From assembly GCA_951406725.2 (NCBI GenBank), contig OX597831.1:49910001-49974000 (forward strand): DNA of 64,000 bases, written 5' to 3'. The DNA is from Octopus vulgaris (taxonomy: Eukaryota). The notes under the pieces were generated by a model. That model saw nothing but the letters and a program-made list of their open reading frames with translations, did no database searches and was not told the DNA's origin. Both the position numbers and the translations under genes were made by a program. Of this stretch, positions 27,741 to 41,550 are shown piece by piece (positions within the stretch are counted from its first letter, which is position 1; each line of letters opens with the position of its first letter).

Positions 27741-29206
27741 ACACACACGCGCGCACGTACACACACGATAGACACGAAGCCCAACGGTATACTGAATTAC
27801 ATTAATGTGGGTTCCTGCCATCCCCCCATTGTGTTTAAAAATTAGTTAAAAACATTAGCAAAATAATGTCTAGCCTCTCCTCCGATAGGGACATTTTTAA
27901 TAGCGTTGCCCCAGTATATAATATTACTCTAGAATATAGCGGATTTAGCGAAGAAATAACCTATACACCTGTCACCAGTCTAATAATAAACAAAAGGAAA
28001 CATAGGAATAGGAAAACTATCTCGTTCACACACCCCTTCTCCCCCGAAGTGACCTTTAATATAGATAGGTATTTCTTAGCACTAATAGATAGACATTTTC
28101 CAGTCAACCATAGTTATAGAAAGCTCTTCAATAGACATAACTTAAAAATCAGTTACAGCTCAACTACTAATTCAAAAAATATAATCGTGTACAACGCACG
28201 AAAACCACAAAATGAAACCAGCTGTTCAATGCAGGCATAAAAATTTGTGCCCGCTAAATGGAGCTTGCATGTCCGAGACCATCATTTATGAAGCCACCGT
28301 AGACTCTACAACCACTAAGGACATAGTTTCGACAAAGAAATATGTGGGTCTTACAGAGGGGAATTTTAAGGCCAGGTTCACCAATCATACCTTGAGCTTC
28401 AGGATTGGGATGAAAGGAAAATGACCAAATTATCCAGTCATGTATGGTCCTTGAAAGATAAAGGTGTCAGTTACAACATCAAATTGCTTTATATATTTTT
28501 ACACATTTTTTCTGTTTTTACCTTTCATCCTGATTTTTCTTGTGCACGTGCGTATATAGATGTGTAGATGAACTTTTTGTGCGCGCATGTGTGTGTGCGT
28601 ATTTAAGACGTGTATTTGAATATAATTGGGTGCGTATGTGCACCTATGTGTGCGCGCGCGTTTGTGTACGGATATGCATATGTGTACATCGTGTGTGTTT
28701 GTGTGCTTGTATGCAGGTATGTATATAGGTGCCCGCATATGTACATGTGCATGGTTGCATATATATGTGGGTGAACATGCATGTGTTTCACGCGAGTGTG
28801 AGCGAGCATATGTATATATAGCATGTGCGTTTTTAGACGTATATTTGAATATAACTGCGCGTACGGGTATGTGCACGTGTGTGTGGATATATATACGTAT
28901 ACATGCATTGTTGCATGTATATGTGCATCTATTGGCGTATGTGTGGGTGCGCATGTATGTGTTTCATGCAAGTGTGTGTGAACATATGCATATAGGCGCA
29001 TTACGCGGGTGTGCGTGCGCGCATGTGTATGTATGTACATGCGCTCATATGCGATTGCTATGAGTAATTACACTTCTTACTTTTTACTTCCTCCCCATCG
29101 GTTTTTCCCCTTATTTAAAGGTCATTCTAATAGCGCTTTTGTCTTAATAACGGTCAATCACACAGTAATTTCCCTTTGTATAACGGTCATTTTCATAGCA
29201 TATTTT

Positions 29207-29286
29207 GATTGCCTCGATAACTGACGAGATGTCTGGTGAAGGTTTCCGCCCCGACATTCGAAACTCGGAGTCTTATTATGGTAATC
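29207..29286 (+). ncRNA. Type I hammerhead ribozyme, intact core
   Basis: gattgcc.tcg.ataa-CTGACGA-gatgtc...gacattc-GAAAC-tcgga-GTC-ttat.tat.ggtaatc. Confidence 0.85.
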
Positions 29287-29371
29287 GAATAATTGTCACA
29301 TATTATATTACAGATGAATTCCTCAATATACATAGCATCGAGGTTTCTTCCATTCTTTTGTTATGTATGTA

Positions 29372-29770
<399 letters not shown>

Positions 29771-29919
29771 CGATGATGTATGTATGTATGTATGTATGTA
29801 TGTATGTATGTATGTATGTGTGTGTGTTTGTGTGTGTATGATATATCGGGAGTGTGTGTATGATATATCGGGAGAGAATAATTATCAGAATAAATATAAC
29901 ACATTGAGTTATATATATA

Positions 29920-29962
<43 letters not shown>

Positions 29963-30100
29963 CGGGGATGTACTCGCATAGCAAGTGATTTGATCTGAGA
30001 TCGTGTGCTGGAACGAAAACAATTGCAGCGTGGAAGGTGTTTGTAAGCCATTTAAGAAACACACAAAAGCCGTTCGATTCCCTTCAACATTTAAGTTTAA

Positions 30101-30150
30101 TTTGTCAAAATATTTTCGTCGCTAAAATTCGCGACCTGTTCACTAACAAA
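30101..30150 (-). ncRNA. Minimal hammerhead with swapped G3-C8 core in probable PLE end (29960-30167)
   Basis: tttgtta-GTGAACA-g-gtcgc-gaatttta-gcgac-GAAA-atat-TT-tgacaaa. Confidence 0.75.
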
Positions 30151-30174
30151 AATCCGTGCTGCATCTCATATATA

Positions 30175-31336
30175 TCTCTCTATATATATAAACGGCAGTT
30201 TGTCTGCCGGTGTGTCTGTGTGTCTGTCAGGTTGTACCCTCACCGTGACCACGGCTTTCAACCGATTCTGATGAAACTTCACGCACACATACCCCAATGT
30301 CATAATTCAAAACTAACGCAGCGAATATTTTGAAAAGTTCCCCCATTTCTGAAAAAAATTGATAAATTCGACATGGGGTCGAGAATCTAAGCTTTTTATA
30401 TGCAACACATTTTCTGTTGTAGTTTTCGCAACTTGCAATCGATTTTCACCAAACTCATGGTGGAGCTTAATGTTACCCTAAGAAACTTAATTCTGACGTT
30501 AGTTTTCCATGCAATACCTTACCATCAGAAAAAAATCGATAAAATCATGCCATTTTTGGAAATCGTGTTCAAATTCAAGATGACATATTTTCGACAATAT
30601 CTTTCACAAATTGGCAGGAATTTTTTTTAAAATTCACAGCGAGCATCATGTCTGCTCCAAGGAGCTATATGGCCCTTTTTATTCCAATAGGATACTTTAT
30701 TACTGGAAAAAATCGGTTAATTAAATCATATGTGGCACACATAGCAAACCGATTTGTGTATTAAACACAAACCACAGACTGTCTAGGGGGCGCAACTCGA
30801 CCTTTTTAACTCTCGGAACACGTGGGGTAAGTATCCCAAAATGTATAAAAATGTACAAAATCGGCAAAAAAGCGGGCAGCAATGTGAGTGACAACGAAAA
30901 AGTAAAAAGTGACCAAACTGAACAAACGAATGGAAAAGGTTTTTGGTGCACACGACAAAAGCGGTTTATAATAAACCAAGAGTTTGCAAGTAGCGTTCGA
31001 GGACCCTTAGGGTACGTCAAAAATTTAAGGTAAAACGTTTGGGGTGGTAGTTATAAAGAAAGTTTAAACAAAAAAGTATTCGAATAACTTGCGGCTGCAG
31101 CAGCTATTAGCTGAAGTGGCGGTGTTGGGGGTAAAGTCTCGAATGTAATTTCTTCCTGGTAGGAATTGGTTGGGTTGAATTATCGATAGCTGTTTGATAG
31201 TTATTTGGGAGTGAAGAGAAGACATTGCAACCTACACATGCGCCTTTGTTCCCTAGAGGGAAAGGACTATATTGGGATTAGTCGTTGCCTACTAGGGGCT
31301 CTTACATACCCGGGCAACACCGAGCTATGCTGCTAG
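30175..31336 (+). mobile_element. Non-autonomous Helitron
   Basis: A|TCtctctatatatataaac 5' end; aaccgattctgatgaaactt motif; 3' hairpin cccgggcaacaccgag and CTAG|T; 3' end resembles 6275-6304. Confidence 0.85.
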
Positions 31337-31349
31337 TATATATATATAT

Positions 31350-31779
31350 ATTCTGAATTTCAAAATCTCTTATTAGTAAAAGTGTAAATTCTATATTTTC
31401 TATACCAATTTATGTGGTGTTGCGTCCAAATTAAATTGTGTGGGAATGCATATTTCTCGGAGATAATATTTGATTGTTATACATACAATGATACATACTG
31501 CGTTCACACAAGAGACGAAATATAAATACATCTTATACAAAACATGTTGATATGTTTCATAACATAGCAACTGTCCTAGATGTTATAAATTTTCAATATC
31601 ACGTACAAGAAATCAACATACACAGCCCAACACACACACATACACACACACATATTATATTATATTATCGACCACACTATCAAAGTATGTGTTTTGTAAG
31701 CCTTATTTGCTGCCCATAGCGCTTGGGGACATTACTGATACATACATACATACATACATACATACATGCATACATACAT

Positions 31780-31842
<63 letters not shown>

Positions 31843-33870
31843 ATGTTTGCAGCATATTTCAAGTGCTAAAAGGCAAATTCACTTCAGTTACCGTGGAGAA
31901 AACATGTATAAAACATCGTGTTTTTACAAATTTTTACAATAATTAACTGCAGTGAATTTGCCTTTTAGCAGTTGAAATATACCACACATATTTTTAACTA
32001 ACCTAAACTTTGCAATGTGTTTGTATGTGTGTGTGTGTGCGTATGTAGTACGTATGATTGTATGCGTGTGTGTAGTTGTATGTTTGTATTTATATTTGTA
32101 TGATATCTATACAAGTATCACGTGAACATGTGACCGATCAGTCTATCAAAAGTTGTTACATATTGCTTGTCACAATGAGCCTTGCACCGTCTTAGCCTTC
32201 GAATAACGCCCCCCTCTTGCAAGGTCGATAGGGGGACTGGAGCATGTAAAATGAAGTGTTTTTTCATGAAGCAACGTTTCTCCTTGTCTGGAAATCGAGC
32301 CAACGATCTAGCTGTTTATAAATATTTATAGTGTAATTTTGCTGTGTTAAATATTTTGATTTTAACTACGGTTCCATGCATTAGTCGATGATTTTCAATC
32401 TGTAACACGTATCATTATATTCAATATCATATTTTTGTTGCATTTGTATTTACAACTCACAAACGCATACATGTTTTTAACGGCTTACTCGTAGGTGCGA
32501 TTTAATTGTCGAACAATCCTGCCTGCGTCGGCAACGTAAACCATCAAATCACCAAGCCGGAGGTTTCATCTATGTGTCTGCAGTATCGCAAACTCAGTAA
32601 AAGGCTCTCGAAGTGCTAATGGTAGCATGAGATAGGGCTGCGCGGTGCATCTCTTCCCTTGAAAAACCTTCAAAGCTCAGAGTACACACACACACACACA
32701 CATTTATATATACATGTACGCCCAAACTCGTGACATAGTAGCGGTTATGCCAAAAGGGGCAACATACCGACATATTTTTCTAGATTACATGATGTGGGGC
32801 AAACATCTAGAATGCCGTTTTATAGACTGTACACGCACTAAGTTATATAGTGCAGCGAGATATGGTGATCACTTAAGCCTTAATAGCAATCTCTTACATT
32901 CTCATACAAGGTCAAAAAACTTGAATTAATCTTTCCCTTCTGTTTATTCTGTTCATCTGATGCTTGAGCAGTCTTTTCTCACTTAAAAATCAACTGACAC
33001 TAGTCTAATATTTACTTGGTTCACAGCTGACAAAAAATCTTTCTGTACTAGCAGATGTACTAGTGTCGTATTCATCAATGATAGAAAGATAGATATATAG
33101 ATAGAGAGGTAGATAGATAGGGATAGATAGACAAGATAGATAGAGAGATAGATAGAGAGGTAGATAGATCGAGATAGATAGACAAGATAGATAGACAGAC
33201 AAACATTCAGACAGACAGACAGACAGAAACTGACAGATAGATAGATAATGCAGAATATATATAATACTTTGAGTAATATACATATATTCTGAATTTCAAA
33301 AACTACTTTTTATAGAAGTATAAATTGATTTTTTTTTCCTATACCAATATATCAATTTATGTGGAGTTGTGCCAAAATTAAATTGTGTGCCAATGCATAT
33401 GTCTCGGAAATATTTGATTGTTAAACATGCACTGAAACAGGCTTAAGATACCATGGTTCACAGCTCACACAGCCTTCACTGAGGGACGAAGAATCCTGCT
33501 GTACTAGCAGAGGTATTGCTGTCGTATTTCATCAATGAAATACTGGTCTTTTGCAATTTCAAGGCCATGAATGATATAATTGAGATCATGTCTACATCTT
33601 CGTATCACTGCATCCTCTGTTGAAATGTGTTGTGCACTCATTCATTTGGGGGCGGGGGGTATTGAATAAAGATTGGAGCCACGGCCGTTGAACTTTTGTG
33701 ACGCTGCTGGTATCAGTTTTTGCCAACAACGAAATATTGACACTTCTTGAGCACAGTTTGTAGTTACAGAAGTGTGAACACTTTATATTCTCTGGTTGCC
33801 CACAAGACTGTGTCCCCTGTTGAGGTGATGTATGGCTGAAGATGGTGCTCTCATTGATCACCGCTGGATG
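31350..33870 (-). pseudogene. Block of decayed ankyrin-like fragments with local duplications
   Basis: KHVCVCEL*IQMQQKYDIEYND; IGTQFNFGTTPHKL; IDEYDTS; ENIKCSHF..SVNI. Confidence 0.4.
31854..31980. repeat. 37 bp inverted repeat with spacer
   Basis: atatttcaagtgctaaaaggcaaattcacttcagtta / taactgcagtgaatttgccttttagcagttgaaatat. Confidence 0.85.
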
Positions 33871-34300
33871 AATATGATATCTTTATTAATTTTCCGTTGT
33901 CTTCTTTATTTTTTCTGCCTTCCATTATTTACTCATATAGCTGTTTGACAGTCGCTAATCCATCGGTAGAATTGAAAAGTGACATGGCCAGTAATGATAT
34001 CATGTTTTATACACACACACACAAACACACACACACACACACATACACACACGCACATGCGCAGGCGAGGACACACACACATACGTATATACGAAGAATA
34101 CAGGAGAAAATATGAAAATGCTTTAAAGGCATATATACATTGATGCATTTTGGACTTTAACTAAAATAGGCTTTTTAGTTTTATTCTTTGTATTCATATA
34201 TATATTAATAAATCTTAGGGTAGCAAAATATTTAGAAAAATGCTTTGCTACTAGTGGTCTAGCGAGAAGAAAAAATTAGTCAATAGACTATATATTATTC

Positions 34301-34411
34301 ATATAAAAATACAGTGTACATTTAAACACATAAGAGATGGCCATAACAGGACATCAGATGCCCTGTTACGGCCATCTCTTATGCGTTTAGATGTACACTG
34401 TATTTTTATAT
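34301..34411. repeat. ~110 bp imperfect palindrome
   Basis: atataaaaatacagtgtaca...ggacat-cag-atgccc...tgtacactgtatttttatat. Confidence 0.9.
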
Positions 34412-34695
34412 TCATATATATATGTAATTAAAAATAGATAAAACCATCTTCAGAGAATAAATGGCGTTGCAATATAGTTTTATTGAAAGTATATTGCTGT
34501 ACGTAATCTAAGGTACGTGTGAAAAGAGAAGGAAAAGAAAAGACCACATGTTGCATCGAGTTTTTTTTATATAGAAAAAACATTTTAGTGTATGGATCTT
34601 GGTAGGTGTTGCGGCGAAAAGCGGTTTGGTTTATCGTTAGCTTCTACACACATTTTTTTCTCTCCTTGTTTCTCTCTTTGTTTTTTGTGTGTACC

Positions 34696-34729
34696 TTTCT
34701 GTAGAAGAGCGTAGGCTCGAAACCTAAAA
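34696..34729 (+). ncRNA. Hammerhead-like motif with U6 core, second copy of the 9848 family
   Basis: ttt-CTGTAGA-a-gagc-gtag-gctc-GAAAC-cta-aaa; flanks 34645-34825 homologous to 9795-9985. Confidence 0.6.
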
Positions 34730-34827
34730 TACTTTTTTCTATTCCTGAGCGGTATACTAATACATCTGTTTGTTTGTACACCACCTGCCTTCGTGTTTTG
34801 TTTATTTTCGTAAACTTTCCCTTTATA

Positions 34828-34875
<48 letters not shown>

Positions 34876-35111
34876 AAATATAAATTAGAGAAAAATTCAC
34901 TATTATGCAACTCAAACAGTGATAAACATAAACAAAAACATAAAAAACAAATAATATATATTTTTATTAAACATATAACTAGATCTCAAAAAGTATAAAA
35001 ATGAATAATCAATATTTAATAAATAAAAAAAAACTACGTACGTTTCATGGCTACAATTAAATTCGAATTACAATTAAGCTTAAATTCAGTTGAAGTTTGG
35101 AGATATACTCC

Positions 35112-35163
<52 letters not shown>

Positions 35164-35177
35164 CATCAACGTCATCA

Positions 35178-35255
<78 letters not shown>

Positions 35256-35359
35256 GTGTGTGTATGTATGTATGTATGTATGTACGTACGTATATATGTA
35301 TATACAAATATATATATAAGACAGTGAACAAATAATTTACCTATTTACACACAAAAGAG

Positions 35360-35760
35360 GTGACGTTTAACAGGATACCTTACATGCTAGAAAGGGCAGT
35401 TAAAGTCCAAACCACGAATAAGAGTAATTTCAAAGGGAATGAAGATAAAAATCTCGAGTTTCTGCATCAATGTGCAAATAAATTAATTTGCCATCCGTGC
35501 TTTTTCAGTAAGGACGCTAAAATTAATGCACATTTATGCATCGCCGAAAATACACGTGCTACATACTTATACATTATAATTTTCAAATCCAAATACACAC
35601 ACACACACACACACACACACACGTATCCATGTGTTGAAATATATAGAAATATATATCCATTGAATTCTAGTGCTCAGTTCAGTAATATGTCATTAAACGC
35701 TTACATATTATTACTTCAATGAAACAAGAGGTATGATATCGCACAAAATTTAAAATGGTA
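35360..35760 (+). pseudogene. Decayed ankyrin-like fragment
   Basis: YMLERAVKVQTTNKSN; FFSKDAKINA..AENT; NKRYDIAQNL. Confidence 0.45.
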
Positions 35761-36211
35761 AACAAATAATGTTCTGTGTTGATAGCAGACTATGAAACAA
35801 AATAGACCACAAACTCTCCCATTAACATTTCAAAATAGTAATTCTTTTTTCTATGTCCTTTACTATTGTTACCCCCAGGAGTTACGTGATTATTTGTGGC
35901 AATGATGAATTAGCTTAGGGTACGTGATATGGAAATTATTTCCTCAGGAACGTTTTTAAAATGTATAATGACTATATTTTATTTTGTTTTATTTATTCGT
36001 AATATAGTTCTTATGCGAATGACGAAATTTTCGTGTTAATTGTGGAAACAGCTGTAGAAAAAAAGATAAAATATTTGAAGTGTCACTGAGGTCGTTAGTA
36101 TTTGATACAAATATATGTGTACATACATATACACATACATACATGTATACATACATTTATACGTACATACATACATACATGCATACATACTTAGAACACG
36201 ACTGTCATTTC

Positions 36212-36253
36212 ATAAACCTGATGATTGCGTAACGTAAGAAAGTACTAGTTTAT
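36212..36253 (+). ncRNA. Minimal hammerhead ribozyme, intact core
   Basis: ataaac-CTGATGA-ttgcg-taa-cgtaa-GAAA-gtac-TA-gtttat; 6 bp stem I; palindromic agtact. Confidence 0.85.
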
Positions 36254-36412
36254 TATAATATTGTAAAATTGTAAAATTGTAAAAGTTGCAAATAATAAAC
36301 AGTGAAAATCAAACTAAGTTGGAATTTCATTGATATATATATATATATTTAGAGATAAATTCCTCTATTTACGTAATTCTTTCTTTCTTTTGTTATCTTA
36401 CCGTTTTTACTA

Positions 36413-36463
<51 letters not shown>

Positions 36464-36464
<1 letters not shown>

Positions 36465-36687
36465 CATTTTATAAAGGGCTTAGTAAAATAAATTACTTTG
36501 CCACATACTGAACTCATTAGAAATAGCAGCCAAAAAAAAAAAAATTTTTTTAGCCATTTCTAATACTTTTTCTTTAAGTATTAGAAATGGCTAAAAAAAT
36601 TTTTTTTTTTTTTTTTTTTGGCTGCTATTTCTAATGAGTTCAGTATGTGGCAAAGTAATTTATTTTACTAAGCCCTTTATAAAATGT
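36464..36687. repeat. ~224 bp palindrome between (TA)n tracts
   Basis: Arms identical except poly(A)/(T) length; arm start recurs at 36970-37004. Confidence 0.93.
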
Positions 36688-36778
36688 AATATTTTGAATT
36701 CGCCTTAAATGGTCCCTTTACATACTGAATACTTGGTGAAATTGATTAATAATTAATTAATTTTACCCTCAATTGTTG

Positions 36779-36922
<144 letters not shown>

Positions 36923-37002
36923 GGATATATATATATAAATAATGGATATATATATATATATATATATTAATATAAAAGGGCTTAGTAAAATAAATTACTT
37001 TG

Positions 37003-37036
<34 letters not shown>

Positions 37037-37099
37037 GGATGGATGTATACCGCCTTGAATATTATTTTACTTATGGTTTTGTGAATATGGTATGGTTTG

Positions 37100-37500
37100 A
37101 AAGCGGTTGGCTGGCAGACACGTTAGCACACCGGGTGTTATGCTTAGCGGCATTTCGTCTACAGCTACGTTCTGAGTTCAAATTCCGCCGAGGTCGACTT
37201 TGCTTTTCATCTTCTCGCGGTCGATAAATTAAATTCCAGTTACGCACTGGGGTCGATATAATCGACTTAATCCGTTTGTCTGTCTTTGTTTGTCCCCTCT
37301 GTGTTTAGCCCCTTGTGGGTAGTAAAGAAATAGGTATTTCGTCTGTCTTTACATTCTGAGTTCAAATTCCGCGGAGGTCGACTTTGCCTTTTATCCTTTC
37401 GGAGTCTAGAAATTATGTACCAGTTGCGTACTTGGGTCGATGCAATCGACTGGCCCCCTCCACACAAAATTTCTGGCCGTGTGCCTAGAATAGAAAAAGA
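37100..37500 (+). mobile_element. SINE family A, dimeric
   Basis: Same architecture as 8762-9163. Confidence 0.9.
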
Positions 37501-37547
37501 TTATTATTTTACTTTCTTTAACTGTAATCTAACCTTGTTTGGACAGA

Positions 37548-39170
37548 CTCACAATTTTATAAATTTCGTATATTGATTTGTCCTTAATCTTAATAAAATA
37601 TCTCCGCTTCTCTAATTAGCGAATGCAAATTTGTCTCGATGAATTTTAGTGCGGGTATTACCTCTTCTATCATGAACGACAATACCACAGATATTGCTTT
37701 GACAATTTGATCACAGTGTGCTGTAGATCCCCACTTAATCATCTGAACATATATACCCTGTAGGACTGCAAGTTTGCTTTGAGAAATTCGCATCTTTCAT
37801 ATTTCCATCTATTTATACCGGATGAAAACTTGGGATTTGTAATATATAATATGTATTACTTATTCTATGTTGTTCTTAGTTTTCATATCTCTACCACTGT
37901 ATTCATTAATGATGGTAAGCATGCAGTTTGTATTTTCGATCTGTTTGATTCCTTTAGTTCCATTAATAAATCCTCATATGGATTATATTATCATATATCT
38001 AAGAATATGTTGCAGAAAATGATTCAAATATACAGGTGAAAACCTTGGCTTTTAATGCATACAATATATATATATATATAATTATATATACATGTATGCA
38101 TGTTAAAAGAGAAAGGAGACTTAAAATATTTTAGATGATCAACAAATAGATATAAATATATATGAGGTGTGATCAATAAGTATCCGTACTGTTGCTATTG
38201 TAACGCAGCTAAAATGCGCAGAGTAAAGCCGCTTGACAAAGATTGACCTAGAACTCTGCTGTACATGCGCACAGAGGTTTAACGTTCCAGCTTACTTCGG
38301 TTGTTTACAGTAGTGCTTGGAAGGAAGGTGTGTAGCTTTTGGTAAAATTTGACGCATATTCTCTGTTCTTCTTACTCTGTTATGGTCAATGCGACGATCA
38401 CACGCTACACACCTTTCTTCAAAGCACTGTTGTAAACAGGGGAAGTGTGTTAGAACATGAAAACTTCGTGCGCATGCACAACAAAGTTCAAGAACAATCT
38501 TTGCCAAGCGGCTTTACTCTGCGTGCTTTACATTCGTTACTATGGCAACAGTCGGGATACTTGTTGATCAGACCATATATATAGTTTTTGATAGAGCAAA
38601 CTTACTCAGATTAGATAGACGGAAGGAATTAGACGGGAGAAAGCATGGCGTTACAAGTCTGCATAATGTTGGTACAAATAGTTCATCAAAAATTTGCAGT
38701 CAGTAATATAAACAAACAAACATTGGTAAAATACAGAGCATCCTTCATCATGGTGGATAGATAAAAGTGAAACGCAGTCTAGACTCTTATCTATCCACCC
38801 TATAAAAATGTTCACTGTACAGCTTCACATATTTCTCCATTTAACCAAGCATCTATCATTGGTGTAGGTTTACTTGCAATTAAGCCTTTGTGTTCTATGA
38901 AAATTCTTCTCCAATGCAGTTTAATATTAGTGATAGTACGATAAAACTTTAAAACTTTCTTTTGCTTGTGGTGCTGATTGATTGTTTTGAAACGATCCCA
39001 TCTTGGTTGACTTGTCGAAGAAATACTTATACAAATATGAATTATGTCTCCCATGCATCAGTTATCTGATGTGTTGGGGGAATCATTATCTTCGAAAGTG
39101 GTACGATTGTTTTCAACTAACGAAGATATATTCTTGAAAGTGTTGTCGGTTATTATCTTGTTGAAATAAA
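37548..39170 (-). pseudogene. Decayed coding-like block, probably ankyrin-type, interrupted by a MITE
   Basis: IDGNMKDANF; GDILLKIKDKSIY followed by gtgagt donor-like site. Confidence 0.3.
38163..38577. mobile_element. Mariner-type MITE with ~125 bp imperfect TIRs
   Basis: TA|tgaggtgtgatcaataagtatcc ... ggatacttgttgatcagaccata|TA. Confidence 0.88.
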
Positions 39171-40069
39171 AAATAATACTATCTCAGTCGGTTCAATTTA
39201 ATAAAGCGTATAATTGAAGGAGAACCTTTTAGCAGTCATTAGGTATGTGCGACTGTATTATCCAATGTACTTTTGGATATTTCGTGTTTCTCCTGTCATA
39301 ATTGAAAGGCAGAGATTAAAGGTTATTTAGCAGTTATCTCTACGTGATAGAGCTACCGCATACAAGTAATAGTGTTATCCCATTTAATTCATTATTGTCA
39401 TTTTTACCGACGTGGATGAGATTGTGTGTCGAGAATGTGCGAAGTCTATATCTTGTTATGAAAGTTATTGATTTTCTTAGTCTCTTGTTTACTAAGCTAA
39501 CTATTGTTTATTCTATATATGTTGTTATTTTAGCTCCCCGTTGTCCCTGATCAAGCAAACCTGTGAACAAATCTGAGGCCAGATGATCTGTTTGACGCTT
39601 ACCTGTATCTGATTTTTTCAAATGTATCTTGTGTCTATGGTAACATTATCATACGTCACAAAATTTTACTTAAGAAAGTTGGATATGATTAGAGGAATAT
39701 TTTGCTATCATTTCTTGCACAAGGACCGATCACGTGAAAGCTACCATGTTGGCCTTGATAAAATATATGCTGCTCATAATAAACTCCAAGTGAGAAGGCG
39801 GCGCGTTGGCAGAATCATTACAGCACCTGGCAAAATGCATAGCGCTACTTCTTCCGGTTTTACGTTCTAATTCCGCTGAGATCGACTTTACATTTCATTC
39901 ATTAAATATCAGTTAGTCACTGCAGTCCACGTAATGAACTACCCACCTTCCACAAAATTTCCAGATGCGTGCCTATAACTGTTAGGATATTAGCCCAAGG
40001 TCAGCCTTTATTAAACAGACCCATAATCATCTGTAGTTTTTTTTTTTTTTTTGCTTATTTTTCCAGAGT

Positions 40070-41170
40070 ATTGTGTTGAGCGACATCTCGGAAATTATCT
40101 GGCTGGAATTGAGGTTGATATTTACTAACTGAAATGTATTGGGATTTATAAGATTACATTTCCCTTGTGATCGAAAAAGATGAACATTGAAATTAAGATA
40201 CGAACAGACGACTTTGCACTTTCGATAATGCGTATTCCTATCAACTCAAGATAGTTGGGATTCTCTTGCAATGAAATTATCTGTTGCATGGTTGAAAGCC
40301 TCCTGTAAAATTATGTCGCTAATGAATCAAAATAGAAAATTATGGATATTAAAACAAATTGTTTTCGTTCGACCTTATTTTCCCCCCTTACAAATACATT
40401 AATTATAACCCAAAACTTTGTGAAGAAAACGCTTATTAAAAGTTCTTGTGATGGCAAGATAACAAGGAATACAAAGTAAATAATATAGAGTGAATTATAG
40501 ATAAAAATAAAGACTGACCAAAAGATTATAATTAAATTTTAAATTGTTTACTATCGGAGAAAATATAAAAGTCTCTAAGGTAAAGGAAGGAATAAGAAGA
40601 AACTAACATTTATCGATCCGAAAATGTTATATTTTCAACATTCTAAAGCTGGTATAACTGTATTATTAGAGTAGCGGAGGAGGAAATAATGGACAACAAC
40701 ATTGTCCGTTAATTTGTTGTTGTGAGCCGATATTAGATACTAATTTTATTGTTGTCGCTGTTATTACTGTTGTTGTTGGCGTTGTTTTGTTGTTGTCTTT
40801 GTTCTTATTCCATGTGCCTGTAGTCGTCGGGGCGCCGAGTATTACTTAGGCTCTGACTGGGCAGTCATCTGAGCAAGGGCGTTTTAACATTTACTACTCC
40901 ATTTTCCCAGAAGAATTATTGAAATTAAATTTTCTAGTTTTCATCTTTTTTGTTCTCTCTACAAAGGTAGACCATAATCAACGTGGTATTTCCTGCCATT
41001 TACAAACTCTCGAGGAACATCGGCTTCATTAAATTATTAAATTACTAGTCAAGTACTCTGATCGACGGCAAGAGCGTTTAAAAAGATGGTATTTTATACA
41101 ACTATATATACACATCTTTATTTACAAAGAATACACAAGTAGTCCGTATATGTTGTTGAACATTTGCATT
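40070..41170 (+). pseudogene. Decayed ankyrin-repeat fragments
   Basis: MNIEIK/DTNRR; MVESLL*N; QDNKE; NQRGIS..LEEH..*IIKLLVKYSD (41033-41056); KDG..KNTQVVR/YVVEH. Confidence 0.55.
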
Positions 41171-41507
41171 ATAAAACCACCTGATGATTCACTGCAGTGA
41201 AACTCAAAGATTAGCACACGTGCTTGTTTAACATCATATGCGCAAAGCAACGCATTGAATCATCAAATGATACAAAATAATATCACCATACATTCTTACT
41301 ACAGTATTAGTTTCAAATAACAATGTATATGATATTTATAATGCACAGACAAAAGCCGAATGGCGTGAGCTGCGTATTACGTTTTTCACACACAATTATA
41401 ATTCAGAAGTTTATCACTGATCAGACTTTTTGTAGCATTCTTGAATACTTATAACTGCAATTTGATAATAACCGATATGAATATTGGTTTTCCAATCAGG
41501 CTTTGCA

Positions 41508-41550
<43 letters not shown>

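Larger units (their letters stand above)
27360..29312 (+). mobile_element. PLE with inverted 5' pseudo-LTR, degenerate thumb-linker-GIY-YIG ORF, and 3' pseudo-LTR
   Basis: YINVGSCHPP; ISFTHPFS..NIDRYFLALIDRHFP..KLFNRHNLKISYS; CRHKNLCPLNGAC..IIYEA..YVGLT..FKARFTNH; 27360-27770 is an inverted copy of part of 28500-29312. Confidence 0.9.

Noticed and set aside
35030-35095. Minus-strand gaaac-gtac-gta half hammerhead
   Set aside because: CUGANGA half not recognisable; probably a truncated or decayed PLE motif, not counted
36625-36745. ctaatga-gttcagtatgt...acatactgaat as hammerhead or SECIS
   Set aside because: G5 absent in both palindrome arms, GAAA not adjacent, spacing far too long for SECIS, and no UGA-containing ORF
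37548-37720. PDZ-like reading GIVVHD...GDILLKIKDKS on the minus strand
   Set aside because: In-frame stop and no GLGF motif; equally explained by an ANK-type xIKDKxG motif like neighbouring blocks
41175-41215. ctgatga-ttcactgcagt-gaaac hammerhead candidate
   Set aside because: Stem II overlaps GAAA, no stem I or III pairing, and it lies next to ANK-like sequence
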